Under the pieces are notes generated by a model. It made no database searches and was not told the origin of the DNA. It saw only the letters and a list, made by a program, of their open reading frames with translations. The translations under genes were made by a program, and so were the position numbers. A stretch of DNA of 33,916 bases from an uncultured Clostridia bacterium (GTDB lineage: Bacteria > Bacillota > Clostridia > Oscillospirales > Ruminococcaceae): positions 1 through 33,916 of the forward strand of contig CALCSA010000485.1 in the NCBI GenBank assembly GCA_937894185.1, written 5' to 3'. Shown here piece by piece: positions 9,791-18,311 of the stretch; position 1 is the stretch's first letter; each line of letters starts with the position of its first letter.

Positions 9791-11826
9791 CGCCCAAAAC
9801 CAGTATCCGGTACCTTAAAGGAGTGGGAGATAAGCGGGCGGGCCTTTATCACAAGCTGGGGGTCGATACCGTTGGCGACCTGTTGTTCCACTTCCCCCGC
9901 AGCTACATAGATTTGAGCACCCCCCACACCATTGGGGAAGCTCCCTTGCAGGAACCCTGCGCCATCAAGGCCCTGCTGACCCGCATCGGGCGGGAGCAGC
10001 GCATCCGGGGGGGGCTCTCTCTTTGGAAGCTGCGGGCGGAGGACGAAACCGGAACCCCTCTGGATATCACCCTGTTTAACGTCAAATACACCGTGGAGCA
10101 GCTGGTCCCCGATCGGCACTACATCTTCTACGGGCGGGTGACCGGCACCCTGTTAAAGCGGGAGATGAACGCCCCCGAAATCTATCCCACTGAAGGAATC
10201 CGCCCCATTCTGCCGGTTTACCCCCTCACCTCCGGGCTTTCCACCAAGATGCTCCGCAGCCATATGGCTCAGGCTTTGCGGGAACTGAAGTCCCTGCCTG
10301 ACCCCCTGCCCGCCGATTTGCGCCAGCAGATGGAGCTTCCGGACATCCTCCACGCTATGAAGGAGATTCACTTTCCCCACGATCTGGCGCAGGCGACCAG
10401 GGCCCGCAGACGGTTTATTTTTCAGGAACTGCTGGTGCTCTGCTGTGCTTTGGGCAGCCTTCACAATCAGGAGGCTAAGGCGGTCATCCGCCCCATGGAG
10501 CCGGTGGATTTGCAGCCCTTTTATAACAGCCTGCCCTTTTCCCCCACCGGTGCTCAGCGTCGCTGCATTGAGGAATGCGCCGGCGATCTTACCCGGGATG
10601 TTTCCATGAACCGGTTGATTCAGGGGGATGTGGGGTCGGGCAAAACCCTGATTGCAGTGGCCTGCGCCTATATTCTGGCCAAAAACGGCAGGCAAACCGC
10701 CATGATGGCCCCCACCGAAATTCTGGCGGAACAGCATCTGGCCACTATGTCCCAGCTTTTGGGGCCTTTGGGGCTGCGGGTGGAGCTGCTCACCGGCTCT
10801 ACCAAAGCGGCACAGCGGCGCAAGGTGCTGGATGCTCTGGCTCTGGGGCAGATCGATCTGCTGGTGGGAACCCACGCCCTTTTATCCGACGGAGTGGAGT
10901 TTTTTGATCTGGGGCTGGTGGTCACCGACGAACAGCATCGGTTTGGAGTCAAGCAGCGGACGGCTCTTACCCAAAAAGGAGAGGACTGCCACGTGCTGGT
11001 TATGTCGGCAACTCCCATCCCCCGCACCCTTTCCCTGATCATCTACGGGGATCTTTCCCTGTCTATTCTGGATGAGAAACCTCCCGGCCGCCGCCCGGTG
11101 GAGACTTTGCTCATCGATTCCGGCAAGCGTACCCGGGCGGTCGGCTTTATCCGCAAGCATCTGGATGAGGGCAAGCAGGCCTATATCGTCTGCCCTCTCA
11201 TCGAGCAGGGGGAGATGAACACCGAGCTGCGCTCTGCCGTAGAATACGCCAAGGCCTTGGCAGAAGGCGACCTGAAGGGCTACCGGGTGGGGCTGCTTCA
11301 TGGCAGAATGAAGCCCCGGGAAAAAGAAACGGTGATGCGCCGCTTTAAGAGCGGAGAACTGCAAGCGCTGGTTTCCACCACTGTGGTGGAGGTGGGGGTG
11401 GATGTGCCGGGCGCCACCATCATTATGATCGAAAACGCCGAGCGGTTCGGTCTTTCCCAGCTTCACCAGCTGCGGGGACGGGTGGGCCGGGCTCAGGAAA
11501 AAAGCTGGTGCATTCTGGTCAGCGACGTCAAATCCGGCAAAACCGCCCAGCGACTTCAGGTGATGAAGCAGGAGCACGATGGCTTTGAAATCGCCGAGCA
11601 GGACTTGGCACTGCGGGGCCCCGGGGACTTCTTCGGATACCGGCAGCACGGATTACCCACCTTGCGGGTGGCGGATTTGGCCGACGACATGGAAGTGATG
11701 GAGCAGGCCCGGCAGCATGCCCAGCGCCTGTTGGAGGAGGACCCTGCTTTGGAGCATCTGAAGCACGCACTGCTTCGGGCCGAGCGGGACGCCATGCTGG
11801 GTGCTGTAGGGGATCGCCCCAACTAG
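9787..11826 (+). CDS. recG: ATP-dependent DNA helicase RecG
   Basis: LKGVG, PRSY, QGDVGSGKT, MAPTEILAEQH, DEQH, SATPIPRT, QLRGRVGR, RGPGDFFG; GTG start overlapping the upstream stop. Confidence 0.97.
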   Translation: MTPKTSIRYLKGVGDKRAGLYHKLGVDTVGDLLFHFPRSYIDLSTPHTIGEAPLQEPCAIKALLTRIGREQRIRGGLSLWKLRAEDETGTPLDITLFNVKYTVEQLVPDRHYIFYGRVTGTLLKREMNAPEIYPTEGIRPILPVYPLTSGLSTKMLRSHMAQALRELKSLPDPLPADLRQQMELPDILHAMKEIHFPHDLAQATRARRRFIFQELLVLCCALGSLHNQEAKAVIRPMEPVDLQPFYNSLPFSPTGAQRRCIEECAGDLTRDVSMNRLIQGDVGSGKTLIAVACAYILAKNGRQTAMMAPTEILAEQHLATMSQLLGPLGLRVELLTGSTKAAQRRKVLDALALGQIDLLVGTHALLSDGVEFFDLGLVVTDEQHRFGVKQRTALTQKGEDCHVLVMSATPIPRTLSLIIYGDLSLSILDEKPPGRRPVETLLIDSGKRTRAVGFIRKHLDEGKQAYIVCPLIEQGEMNTELRSAVEYAKALAEGDLKGYRVGLLHGRMKPREKETVMRRFKSGELQALVSTTVVEVGVDVPGATIIMIENAERFGLSQLHQLRGRVGRAQEKSWCILVSDVKSGKTAQRLQVMKQEHDGFEIAEQDLALRGPGDFFGYRQHGLPTLRVADLADDMEVMEQARQHAQRLLEEDPALEHLKHALLRAERDAMLGAVGDRPN

Positions 11827-11833
11827 GAATCCG

Positions 11834-11869
11834 CCCCGTCCCCCTTCTGGAGGACGGGGATTTGTTTTT
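11834..11869 (+). terminator. intrinsic terminator after recG
   Basis: CCCCGTCC...GGACGGGG stem followed by ATTTGTTTTT. Confidence 0.75.
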
Positions 11870-11929
11870 CTATCGTGCACAGTTGTATTCAATCTGTGCG
11901 GGCTCCGCAAACAATCTGGCAGATTTTGA

Positions 11930-11957
11930 TTGACTTTTTACGTTGCCCTGCTATAAT
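11930..11957 (+). promoter_or_regulatory. sigmaA promoter for metA
   Basis: TTGACT-16 bp-TATAAT with TGn extension. Confidence 0.7.
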
Positions 11958-12035
11958 AACCATACGGCCTTACGGGAGACCAGGACTTTTCTTACCCAAA
12001 GGCCGGACTTATTTTTATAGAAGGAGGACGAGGCC

Positions 12036-12944
12036 ATGCCGATCAAAATTCCCAACGATCTGCCGGCGAGCAAAATACTAAACCGGGAGAACATCTTTAT
12101 CATGCAGCAGTCCAGAGCAGACACTCAGGACATTCGGCCCCTGAAGATCCTCATCCTCAACCTGATGCCCAAAAAGATGGAAACCGAAACTCAGCTTCTG
12201 CGCCTGTTGGGGAACACCCCTTTGCAGGTAGAGGTGGAGCTGCTGCAAACCGCCACCTATACCCCCAAGAACACCTCCCAGGAGCATCTGCTCAAATTTT
12301 ATAAAACCTTTGACGAGGTAAAGGATCAGCGCTTTGACGGCATGATTATCACCGGAGCACCGGTGGAGAAGATGGCGTTTGAGGATGTGAGCTATTGGCC
12401 GGAGCTCTGCACCATTATGGAGTGGGCGCGGCACAATGTGTTTTCCACCTACTTTATTTGCTGGGGCGCGCAGGCCGCTCTCTACTACTACTATGGAATT
12501 CCCAAGTATCTGTTGCCCCAAAAGCTGTTCGGTGTCTTTAAGCACACTCTCGCCGACCCCAGCCACTATCTCTTCAACGGCTTCGACGATGTCTTTTACG
12601 CTCCCCACTCCCGCCACACCGAGGTGCGGGCGGAGGACATTGCCAAATGCTCCGACCTGCAACTGCTGAGCACCTCCCGGGAAGCCGGAGTGTACATCGC
12701 GGCCAGCCGGGATTCCCGCCAGTTCTTTGTCACCGGCCACTCGGAATACGACCGGGATACTCTGGCCAATGAATATCACCGGGATATAAACGCAGGACAG
12801 CCCATCAGCACGCCCACCAACTACTTTCCCAAGGACGATGACCACAACCGCCCTCTCTTCCGCTGGAAAGCCCACGCCCATTTGCTTTATTCCAACTGGC
12901 TCAACTACTTTGTCTACCAGCAAACCCCCTACGACTTCGTGTAA
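12036..12944 (+). CDS. metA: homoserine O-acyltransferase MetA, predicted acetyltransferase
   Basis: [38 protein letters not shown] has Glu at the specificity position (Glu = acetyl-CoA, Gly = succinyl-CoA in characterized MetA). Confidence 0.96.
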   Translation: MPIKIPNDLPASKILNRENIFIMQQSRADTQDIRPLKILILNLMPKKMETETQLLRLLGNTPLQVEVELLQTATYTPKNTSQEHLLKFYKTFDEVKDQRFDGMIITGAPVEKMAFEDVSYWPELCTIMEWARHNVFSTYFICWGAQAALYYYYGIPKYLLPQKLFGVFKHTLADPSHYLFNGFDDVFYAPHSRHTEVRAEDIAKCSDLQLLSTSREAGVYIAASRDSRQFFVTGHSEYDRDTLANEYHRDINAGQPISTPTNYFPKDDDHNRPLFRWKAHAHLLYSNWLNYFVYQQTPYDFV

Positions 12945-12950
12945 ACGTTC

Positions 12951-12987
12951 CAAGGGCGACAAGCTATGCTTTGTCGCCCTTGTTTTT
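12951..12987 (+). terminator. intrinsic terminator after metA
   Basis: CAAGGGCGACAA...TTGTCGCCCTTG followed by TTTTT. Confidence 0.9.
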
Positions 12988-13092
12988 GAGTCTGCGATAA
13001 GAATTCAACCCGCTGGATACATAATCCGGCCGGGATGTGAAAAGCTACCAACAGCAATGTTTTCGCAACTATTTGATCATGGAGGAATTACC

Positions 13093-13800
13093 ATGAAGCG
13101 TATGTCGGTGATTTTGCTGGCCTGCCTGCTGCTCATGACGGCAACCGGCTGCAATCAGCAAAACAAGCAGACTGCTCCGCCTGTGCCTGCGCCACCGGAA
13201 ATCTCCCCGACTCCCCTTCCCGCAACTCCGGAAAGCTTGCCGGAGCCGGAACCTTTGCCGCTTCAAAGCTCCCTGCCTGAAGATAACCGCTTGACGGTGA
13301 TGGACGCTCCTTTCTACCGGGGAGTGGTTACCGCCATCTCCGAGGAAAAGGGCGTCTACGAGCTGCGTCTGGAGCAGGTAGAAGGCGCCGATTTCGGCTA
13401 CCCTTCCTTTATGATGCACACCGGTGAAGGGACCCGTGCCGGTTTTTCCTTTGCCGAGCTGGTTCCCGGGGACTATTTGGAGGTTTACTATGGAGAGCGC
13501 AACGACGGCCTTCCCCCTGTCATCATCGCCGCCAACAAGCTCCCCCCCGCTGTGGACTGTGTCTTTAACGGCGAGCTAACCGCTCTGGAGCATCAGGGCA
13601 GTCAGGGCAGACTGGAGATGACCGCCCTTTCCAACGGGGAGGAGATTCACTTTAATTTTGATGATTCCACTCTGTTTTACGTGGATATGGAAAGCCTGAA
13701 ATCCGGCGACAAGCTCAACATCTATCACAGGGGAACCCTCACCAGGAGCATCCCTCCCCAAGGCTTTGCGCTGGAGGTTCGGCCCTACATGGAACCTTAA
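13093..13800 (+). CDS. hypothetical lipoprotein with Pro-rich linker and two OB-like repeats
   Basis: GGAGG RBS; MKRMSVILLACLLLMTATGC lipobox; two units each starting G-x-(V/L)-T-A and containing L-x-x-G-D-x-L-x-(V/I)-Y. Confidence 0.8.
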   Translation: MKRMSVILLACLLLMTATGCNQQNKQTAPPVPAPPEISPTPLPATPESLPEPEPLPLQSSLPEDNRLTVMDAPFYRGVVTAISEEKGVYELRLEQVEGADFGYPSFMMHTGEGTRAGFSFAELVPGDYLEVYYGERNDGLPPVIIAANKLPPAVDCVFNGELTALEHQGSQGRLEMTALSNGEEIHFNFDDSTLFYVDMESLKSGDKLNIYHRGTLTRSIPPQGFALEVRPYMEP

Positions 13801-13832
13801 CCTTAGGGTCGCGCTGGCCTGCACAGCGGCCG

Positions 13833-14525
13833 CTACAACCGAATCGGCACCGGGCTGCCCAGTACCATGCTGTCCGGTGTTATTTTACTGCTCCAAGCCG
13901 ATACCAAAACCCCAGCGTCCACGCTTTGGCGCAGCGCCTGGCCAAAGGCGGGGTGGGTTTCCTCGTTGGGGGAAAAGGATGTGGCCTCCTCCATCTGAAC
14001 CAAAAACACCACCGCCGCGTGCAGCCCCGCTTTTTTAGCTTCGATAAGGTGGAGCAGGTGCTTCACCCCCCGCTGGGTGGGTGCATCGGGGAACAGCACC
14101 CGGCCCTCCTGCTCCAAGGTCACGCCTTTGACCTCCACAAACCCCTGCACCCCATCCAAGAGAAACCCAAAATCAAACCGGGAATTCCCCCAGGTCACCT
14201 CCCGGCGAAAGTGGGTAATATCACCTTCCAGCCCCGGAGGCATCCATCCTGCGGCAAAGGCTTCTTCCACCACCTTGTTGGGAGCCTGACTGTCCATATT
14301 GATCAGCAGCTCTCCTTTTTGAACCGCAATCAAAGAGTAGGCAGTCTTTCGCCCGGGATGAGGGTTGTGCTCCAGATAAACCGTTGCCCCGGGGATCAGA
14401 AGTTCCCGGCAGCGGCCTGTGTTTTTGACATGGGCCACCACCCTTTCCCCGCCCACCTGCACATAGGCAATAAACCGATTGGGCCGCTCCAAAAAGCTGC
14501 CCGATACCATCTTGCCGTAAACCAT
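13833..14525 (-). CDS. sfsA: DNA/RNA nuclease SfsA (sugar fermentation stimulation protein)
   Basis: RPNRF, HVKNTGRCRELL, SRFDF, EVKGVTL, FPDAPTQRGVKHL. Confidence 0.95.
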   Translation of the reverse strand: MVYGKMVSGSFLERPNRFIAYVQVGGERVVAHVKNTGRCRELLIPGATVYLEHNPHPGRKTAYSLIAVQKGELLINMDSQAPNKVVEEAFAAGWMPPGLEGDITHFRREVTWGNSRFDFGFLLDGVQGFVEVKGVTLEQEGRVLFPDAPTQRGVKHLLHLIEAKKAGLHAAVVFLVQMEEATSFSPNEETHPAFGQALRQSVDAGVLVSAWSSKITPDSMVLGSPVPIRL

Positions 14526-14673
14526 AGGGTTATCATCATCGCTTTCTTAATCTATGATCACCCCGCCGCTTTTGGGAAGAAGGCAGGGCCATAAGTCTCC
14601 TGCCGTATTATAAGGCGAAAAGCGCCCTTTGTCCAGACAGGCGGCTCCTTCCGGCAGGAAAGGATGTTTTCAC

Positions 14674-14701
14674 ATAATCAGCCTTGCGCCTCACATATAC
14701 T
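14674..14701 (+). promoter_or_regulatory. possible sigmaE-type mother-cell promoter
   Basis: ATA-17 bp-CATATACT upstream of the 14731 lipoprotein gene. Confidence 0.45.
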
Positions 14702-14730
14702 GTGGTATGGGGTGAAAGGGGGGGCTTAGG

Positions 14731-15270
14731 TTGAAGCGCTGGATTGCCCTGCTGGCGGCTTTGCTGATCATTTTTTCCGGCTGCACCGGCCGAACTCCCG
14801 AAAAAACCACTGGAGAATTTTTAAGCTGCCTGATCAAGAGCGATGTTAAATCCGCCGGGAAGCTCACCCTTTCCGGCAAACTTACACTGGATACCGGCAG
14901 CAAAGCAGCAGCCGCTATCTATCAGCCGCTATTTTCTGCCATGCAGTATTCGGTGGGCGGCTCCCTTATTGATGGGGAAACCTCTACGGTAAACGTCACC
15001 CTTTTGGTGGTGGATTTGCAGGAGCTGATAAATCAGGTCTCTCTGGAAGTGATGCAGCAGATGATAGCCAGCGGCAACAAGGGCAGCGGCGATCTGTTCT
15101 ATACCCTACTGCTGGAAAAGCTAGTGGCGGAGGATGTCCCCATGGTCAGCTACACCGTCACCGCCCAGCTGATCCGGGAGAAGGGACACTGGAAAATCGA
15201 CATGGAAGGCTCCCCCGAGTTTGCCCAAGCCGTGGGCGGAGGGGTGCAAGGGCTGATTCTTGCCTCCTAG
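14731..15270 (+). CDS. hypothetical lipoprotein (NTF2-like fold plausible)
   Basis: TTG start after AAAGGGGGG; lipobox FSGC; PEKTTGEFL...ends LIREKGHWKID, typical of clostridial NTF2-like lipoproteins. Confidence 0.75.
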   Translation: MKRWIALLAALLIIFSGCTGRTPEKTTGEFLSCLIKSDVKSAGKLTLSGKLTLDTGSKAAAAIYQPLFSAMQYSVGGSLIDGETSTVNVTLLVVDLQELINQVSLEVMQQMIASGNKGSGDLFYTLLLEKLVAEDVPMVSYTVTAQLIREKGHWKIDMEGSPEFAQAVGGGVQGLILAS

Positions 15271-15379
15271 CTCTTTTCCGGGCAGAAGAATGCACACCGC
15301 CGGAATTTCTTTTCATAACAAGCCTTGTTTGCTGTAATGTTTAATAGCTTTACAGCTTTCTCGAGCCATAAAGAGAGGC

Positions 15380-15404
15380 AGAAGCCTTCCGGGGCTTCTT
15401 TTTT
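15380..15404 (+). terminator. intrinsic terminator upstream of pyrC
   Basis: AGAAGCCT-TCCG-GGGCTTCT followed by TTTTT. Confidence 0.7.
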
Positions 15405-15415
15405 CCCTCGTTTTC

Positions 15416-15445
15416 TTGACAAAGCACCATCCCCTGTGGTAGCGT
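15416..15445 (+). promoter_or_regulatory. possible sigmaA promoter for pyrC
   Basis: TTGACA-18 bp-TAGCGT with TGTG extension. Confidence 0.5.
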
Positions 15446-15475
15446 GATGCAAACAGGAGATGGAGGGCGTGCACT

Positions 15476-16732
15476 GTGCTGCTGATTAAAAATGGCCGGG
15501 TGTTGGATCCGGCTAGGGGAACGGATAAAGTGATGGATATTCTTCTGGAGGGGGGTACCATCCGGGAGATGGGCGAAAATCTTTCGGGGGATACGGTGCT
15601 GGATGCCACAGGACTTGTGGTGGCTCCCGGCCTCATCGACACCCACGTGCATTTTCGAGATCCCGGCTTTACTCACAAGGAGGACCTGCACACCGGAGCG
15701 TTGGCGGCAGCCCGTGGCGGCTATACCTCGGTGGTCTGCATGGCCAACACCAGCCCGGTGACCGACTCCCCCACCCGACTTGGGGATATTCTTCGCCGGG
15801 CCGCCAAGGAGGATATCCGAATTTATCAGGCAGCGGCAGTCACTTTGGGGCTGGAGGGCAAAATTTTCACCGATTTTGATGCCCTCAAGCAAGCAGGAGC
15901 CGCCTGCTTTACCGATGACGGCATTCCGCTGACCGACAGCGCTGTGGTTTACAAAGCCATGGCGCAGATCGCCGCTTTGGACAGCGTCCTCTGCCTTCAC
16001 GAAGAGGACCCTGCCTTGGTGGGTTCCCCCGGCGTCAATGCCGGGGAGGTGGCGCAAACGCTGGGGCTGGAAGGCGCTTCTGCTGTTTCGGAGACCTCCC
16101 TCATTGCCCGGGACTGCATGCTGGCTCTGGCCACCGGCGCTAAAGTGGTCATTCAGCATATCAGCACCAAGGCGGGGGTGGAGATGGTTCGCTTTGTCCG
16201 CAGTTTGGGAGCCAAGGTGGAAGCAGAGGCAACTCCTCATCACTTTTCCCTCACCCAACAGGCGGTGACGGAACTGGGCACCCTTGCCAAGATGAACCCT
16301 CCCCTGCGCACCGAAGAAGATTGCCTTGCCATCATACAGGGCCTTGCCGATGGTACCGTCAATCTCATTGCCACCGACCATGCTCCACACACTCCAGAGG
16401 AGAAAGCAAAGCCGTTTTCTCAGGCTCCCAGCGGCATTCTGGGGCTGGAAACCGCTCTGGCTCTGGGCATTACCTATCTGGTGGAGCCGGGCCATCTATC
16501 CCTTGGAACCCTGTTGGAGAAGATGAGCACCCATCCGGCCAAAGTTTACGGGCTTCAGGGGGGCAGCCTGCACCCCGGTGCTCCCGCCGACTTGGTTCTA
16601 TTCCACCCCAAGGAGCGCTGGACCGTGGAGGGCTTTGCCTCCAAATCCACCAATTCCCCCTTCCTCCACAAAACCCTCATCGGCAGAGTGCGGGCAACCA
16701 TATGCCGGGGAAAGGTGATATTCCAGCTTTAA
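15476..16732 (+). CDS. pyrC: dihydroorotase (type I)
   Basis: PGLIDTHVHFRDPG, MANT, KMNPPLR, ATDHAPH, GLET, SKSTNSPF; GTG start with GGAGG. Confidence 0.95.
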   Translation: MLLIKNGRVLDPARGTDKVMDILLEGGTIREMGENLSGDTVLDATGLVVAPGLIDTHVHFRDPGFTHKEDLHTGALAAARGGYTSVVCMANTSPVTDSPTRLGDILRRAAKEDIRIYQAAAVTLGLEGKIFTDFDALKQAGAACFTDDGIPLTDSAVVYKAMAQIAALDSVLCLHEEDPALVGSPGVNAGEVAQTLGLEGASAVSETSLIARDCMLALATGAKVVIQHISTKAGVEMVRFVRSLGAKVEAEATPHHFSLTQQAVTELGTLAKMNPPLRTEEDCLAIIQGLADGTVNLIATDHAPHTPEEKAKPFSQAPSGILGLETALALGITYLVEPGHLSLGTLLEKMSTHPAKVYGLQGGSLHPGAPADLVLFHPKERWTVEGFASKSTNSPFLHKTLIGRVRATICRGKVIFQL

Positions 16733-16752
16733 GGTTTCTTGATTCAAACTAT

Positions 16753-16785
16753 AAAATCCACCCGCTGTTTTGCAGGTGGATTTTT
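16753..16785. terminator. intrinsic terminator after pyrC (possibly bidirectional)
   Basis: AAAATCCACC...GGTGGATTTTT. Confidence 0.8.
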
Positions 16786-16974
16786 ATTGAGACTATAAGA
16801 AGGCCAAATTTTTGAAAAGATAATTCCAGGCATAAAATCATGGAGCCTCCCAGAAGGCAAAAGCATCCCTTCGAGAACAAGACATGCACGACAAGATAAT
16901 TCATGATTGTCGGCATTAGCCCCAAAGCCCATGGGGACCCAATCCCCAGATACAACAAGCACATTGGCACCTAC

Positions 16975-18072
16975 TCAGGTGCTTTTTCTCACCACGACGT
17001 GAGTATCCACCCAGCGGATACGGCTTTCCTGCTCTGGATTAGAAATTAACTGAAGCAACTCCTGTACAGCAGCCTCCCCCATAGCAAAGGGGTTGGCGTG
17101 AACGGTGGTAAGGGGTGGAGAAAAGGTGGCAGACATAGGCAAATCGTCAAAACCAGCTACCGCAATATCCTTGGGCACCTCCATTCCCGCTTCCCATATG
17201 GCTTCCATAGCACCCAGAGCAACACTGTCCGTTGCGGCTAATATCGCCGTGGGCAGGTCCCCGGTGGAAAGCATTTGACATACGGCATCACGAGCCTGTT
17301 GGGCACCGTTCCCTTTTATTAAAATAGGCGTACCCTCTATTTCCTGTACCCTCTGCCCCAACATAGCCAGCTTTTCCGCATCCGGCCGGGGAAAGTCTCC
17401 CCATAAGTTTCCTAGGGGAATTTTAGGATTGTTGTATACTGGTAGACCGTATTGCCGGTGGGCATCCAAATACGCCAGATACCGCAGGTGATAGCTCAAG
17501 TGACTAAGGCGGCCACTGATAAAAGCAATCTTGCGGTGGCCCCGCTCCAGAATCAAATGCCGCATCATTTCCATGGCTCCACCGTACTCGTCCTGCATGA
17601 TAAAAGTATTGTTAGGCGACGGTATGGCGTCGTTGACCAATACCAGCGGAATCCGGCGCTTTCGGAATTCGTTGATGGGCTCCACCGGAGTAAAGGTAGC
17701 CAGAATTACACCATCAATGCTGTCCTGAATAAAATGCTCGTCAAAGGTGGTGTTTTTGGGGTCTGCCGGAGCCACCAGAATGTGATAATTGTGGCGGCGA
17801 GCTTCTTCAATCGCTCCATCCAGCATGGGTCCGAAAAAGGAATGCCCAAAATAGGGGCTTCCGGACTTGTGCATACAAAAGCCCAGAATACCTGAACGCT
17901 TGGTTGCTACCGCTTGGGCCAGAGCGTTAGGTTGATAGTTATGCTCTTTGGCAATTTGAAGAATACGCTGCTTGGTTTCTTCCCGGACGAGAGGAGAATC
18001 GGCCAGAGCCCGGGAAGCGGTAGCCTTGGATACACCGGCGATTCGTGCAATATCGCTTAAACGTGCTTTCAT
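16975..18072 (-). CDS. LacI-family transcriptional regulator
   Basis: LSDIARIAGVSKATASRAL HTH, YQPNALA, VPKDIAVAGFDD, PPLTTV, VRKST. Confidence 0.95.
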   Translation of the reverse strand: MKARLSDIARIAGVSKATASRALADSPLVREETKQRILQIAKEHNYQPNALAQAVATKRSGILGFCMHKSGSPYFGHSFFGPMLDGAIEEARRHNYHILVAPADPKNTTFDEHFIQDSIDGVILATFTPVEPINEFRKRRIPLVLVNDAIPSPNNTFIMQDEYGGAMEMMRHLILERGHRKIAFISGRLSHLSYHLRYLAYLDAHRQYGLPVYNNPKIPLGNLWGDFPRPDAEKLAMLGQRVQEIEGTPILIKGNGAQQARDAVCQMLSTGDLPTAILAATDSVALGAMEAIWEAGMEVPKDIAVAGFDDLPMSATFSPPLTTVHANPFAMGEAAVQELLQLISNPEQESRIRWVDTHVVVRKST

Positions 18073-18114
18073 GTATATCCAACCTTTTTGTTGTTATTTT
18101 GTATATATTAACCA

Positions 18115-18142
18115 TTGAAAAACTATATAATCTATGTATAAT
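18115..18142 (+). promoter_or_regulatory. possible sigmaA promoter for the GDPD-ABC operon
   Basis: TTGAAA-16 bp-TATAAT. Confidence 0.55.
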
Positions 18143-18154
18143 AAAAATATCAGG

Positions 18155-18171
18155 TATTGAAACCGGTTGTA
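18155..18171. promoter_or_regulatory. LacI-type operator 1
   Basis: TATTGAAACCGGTTGTA, quasi-palindrome with central CG; exact inverted copy at 18255-18271. Confidence 0.75.
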
Positions 18172-18180
18172 ATTAATGAT

Positions 18181-18209
18181 ATTGTAGTATGAAATAAGCA
18201 AAATGTCAA
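18181..18209 (-). promoter_or_regulatory. sigmaA promoter for the lacI-family gene
   Basis: TTGACA-17 bp-TACAAT on the minus strand. Confidence 0.7.
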
Positions 18210-18254
18210 TCAGCCAATTGTACCTATCTGTCCCAATTTTTTTATTATATAAAA

Positions 18255-18271
18255 TACAACCGGTTTCAATA
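18255..18271. promoter_or_regulatory. LacI-type operator 2
   Basis: TACAACCGGTTTCAATA is the exact reverse complement of 18155-18171. Confidence 0.75.
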
Positions 18272-18311
18272 ATATTAATGTCCGTAAAATTTGGAAGCGA
18301 AGGTAATCAGT

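Noticed and set aside
15330-15404. PyrR attenuator upstream of pyrC
   Set aside because: GAGAGGC is reminiscent, but the ARUCCNGNGAGGYU loop consensus is absent, and a separate promoter candidate lies downstream of the terminator.
15350-16495. 381-aa minus-strand ORF, and similar shadows at 2194..3132, 4019..5095, 12078..12962, 21346..22278, 29854..31005, 32788..33786
   Set aside because: Each lies opposite a well-supported gene and has no recognisable motifs.
16744-16970. Two overlapping 72-73 aa hydrophobic ORFs downstream of lacI
   Set aside because: No convincing RBS, both run through the pyrC terminator, no recognisable family; at most a decayed remnant.
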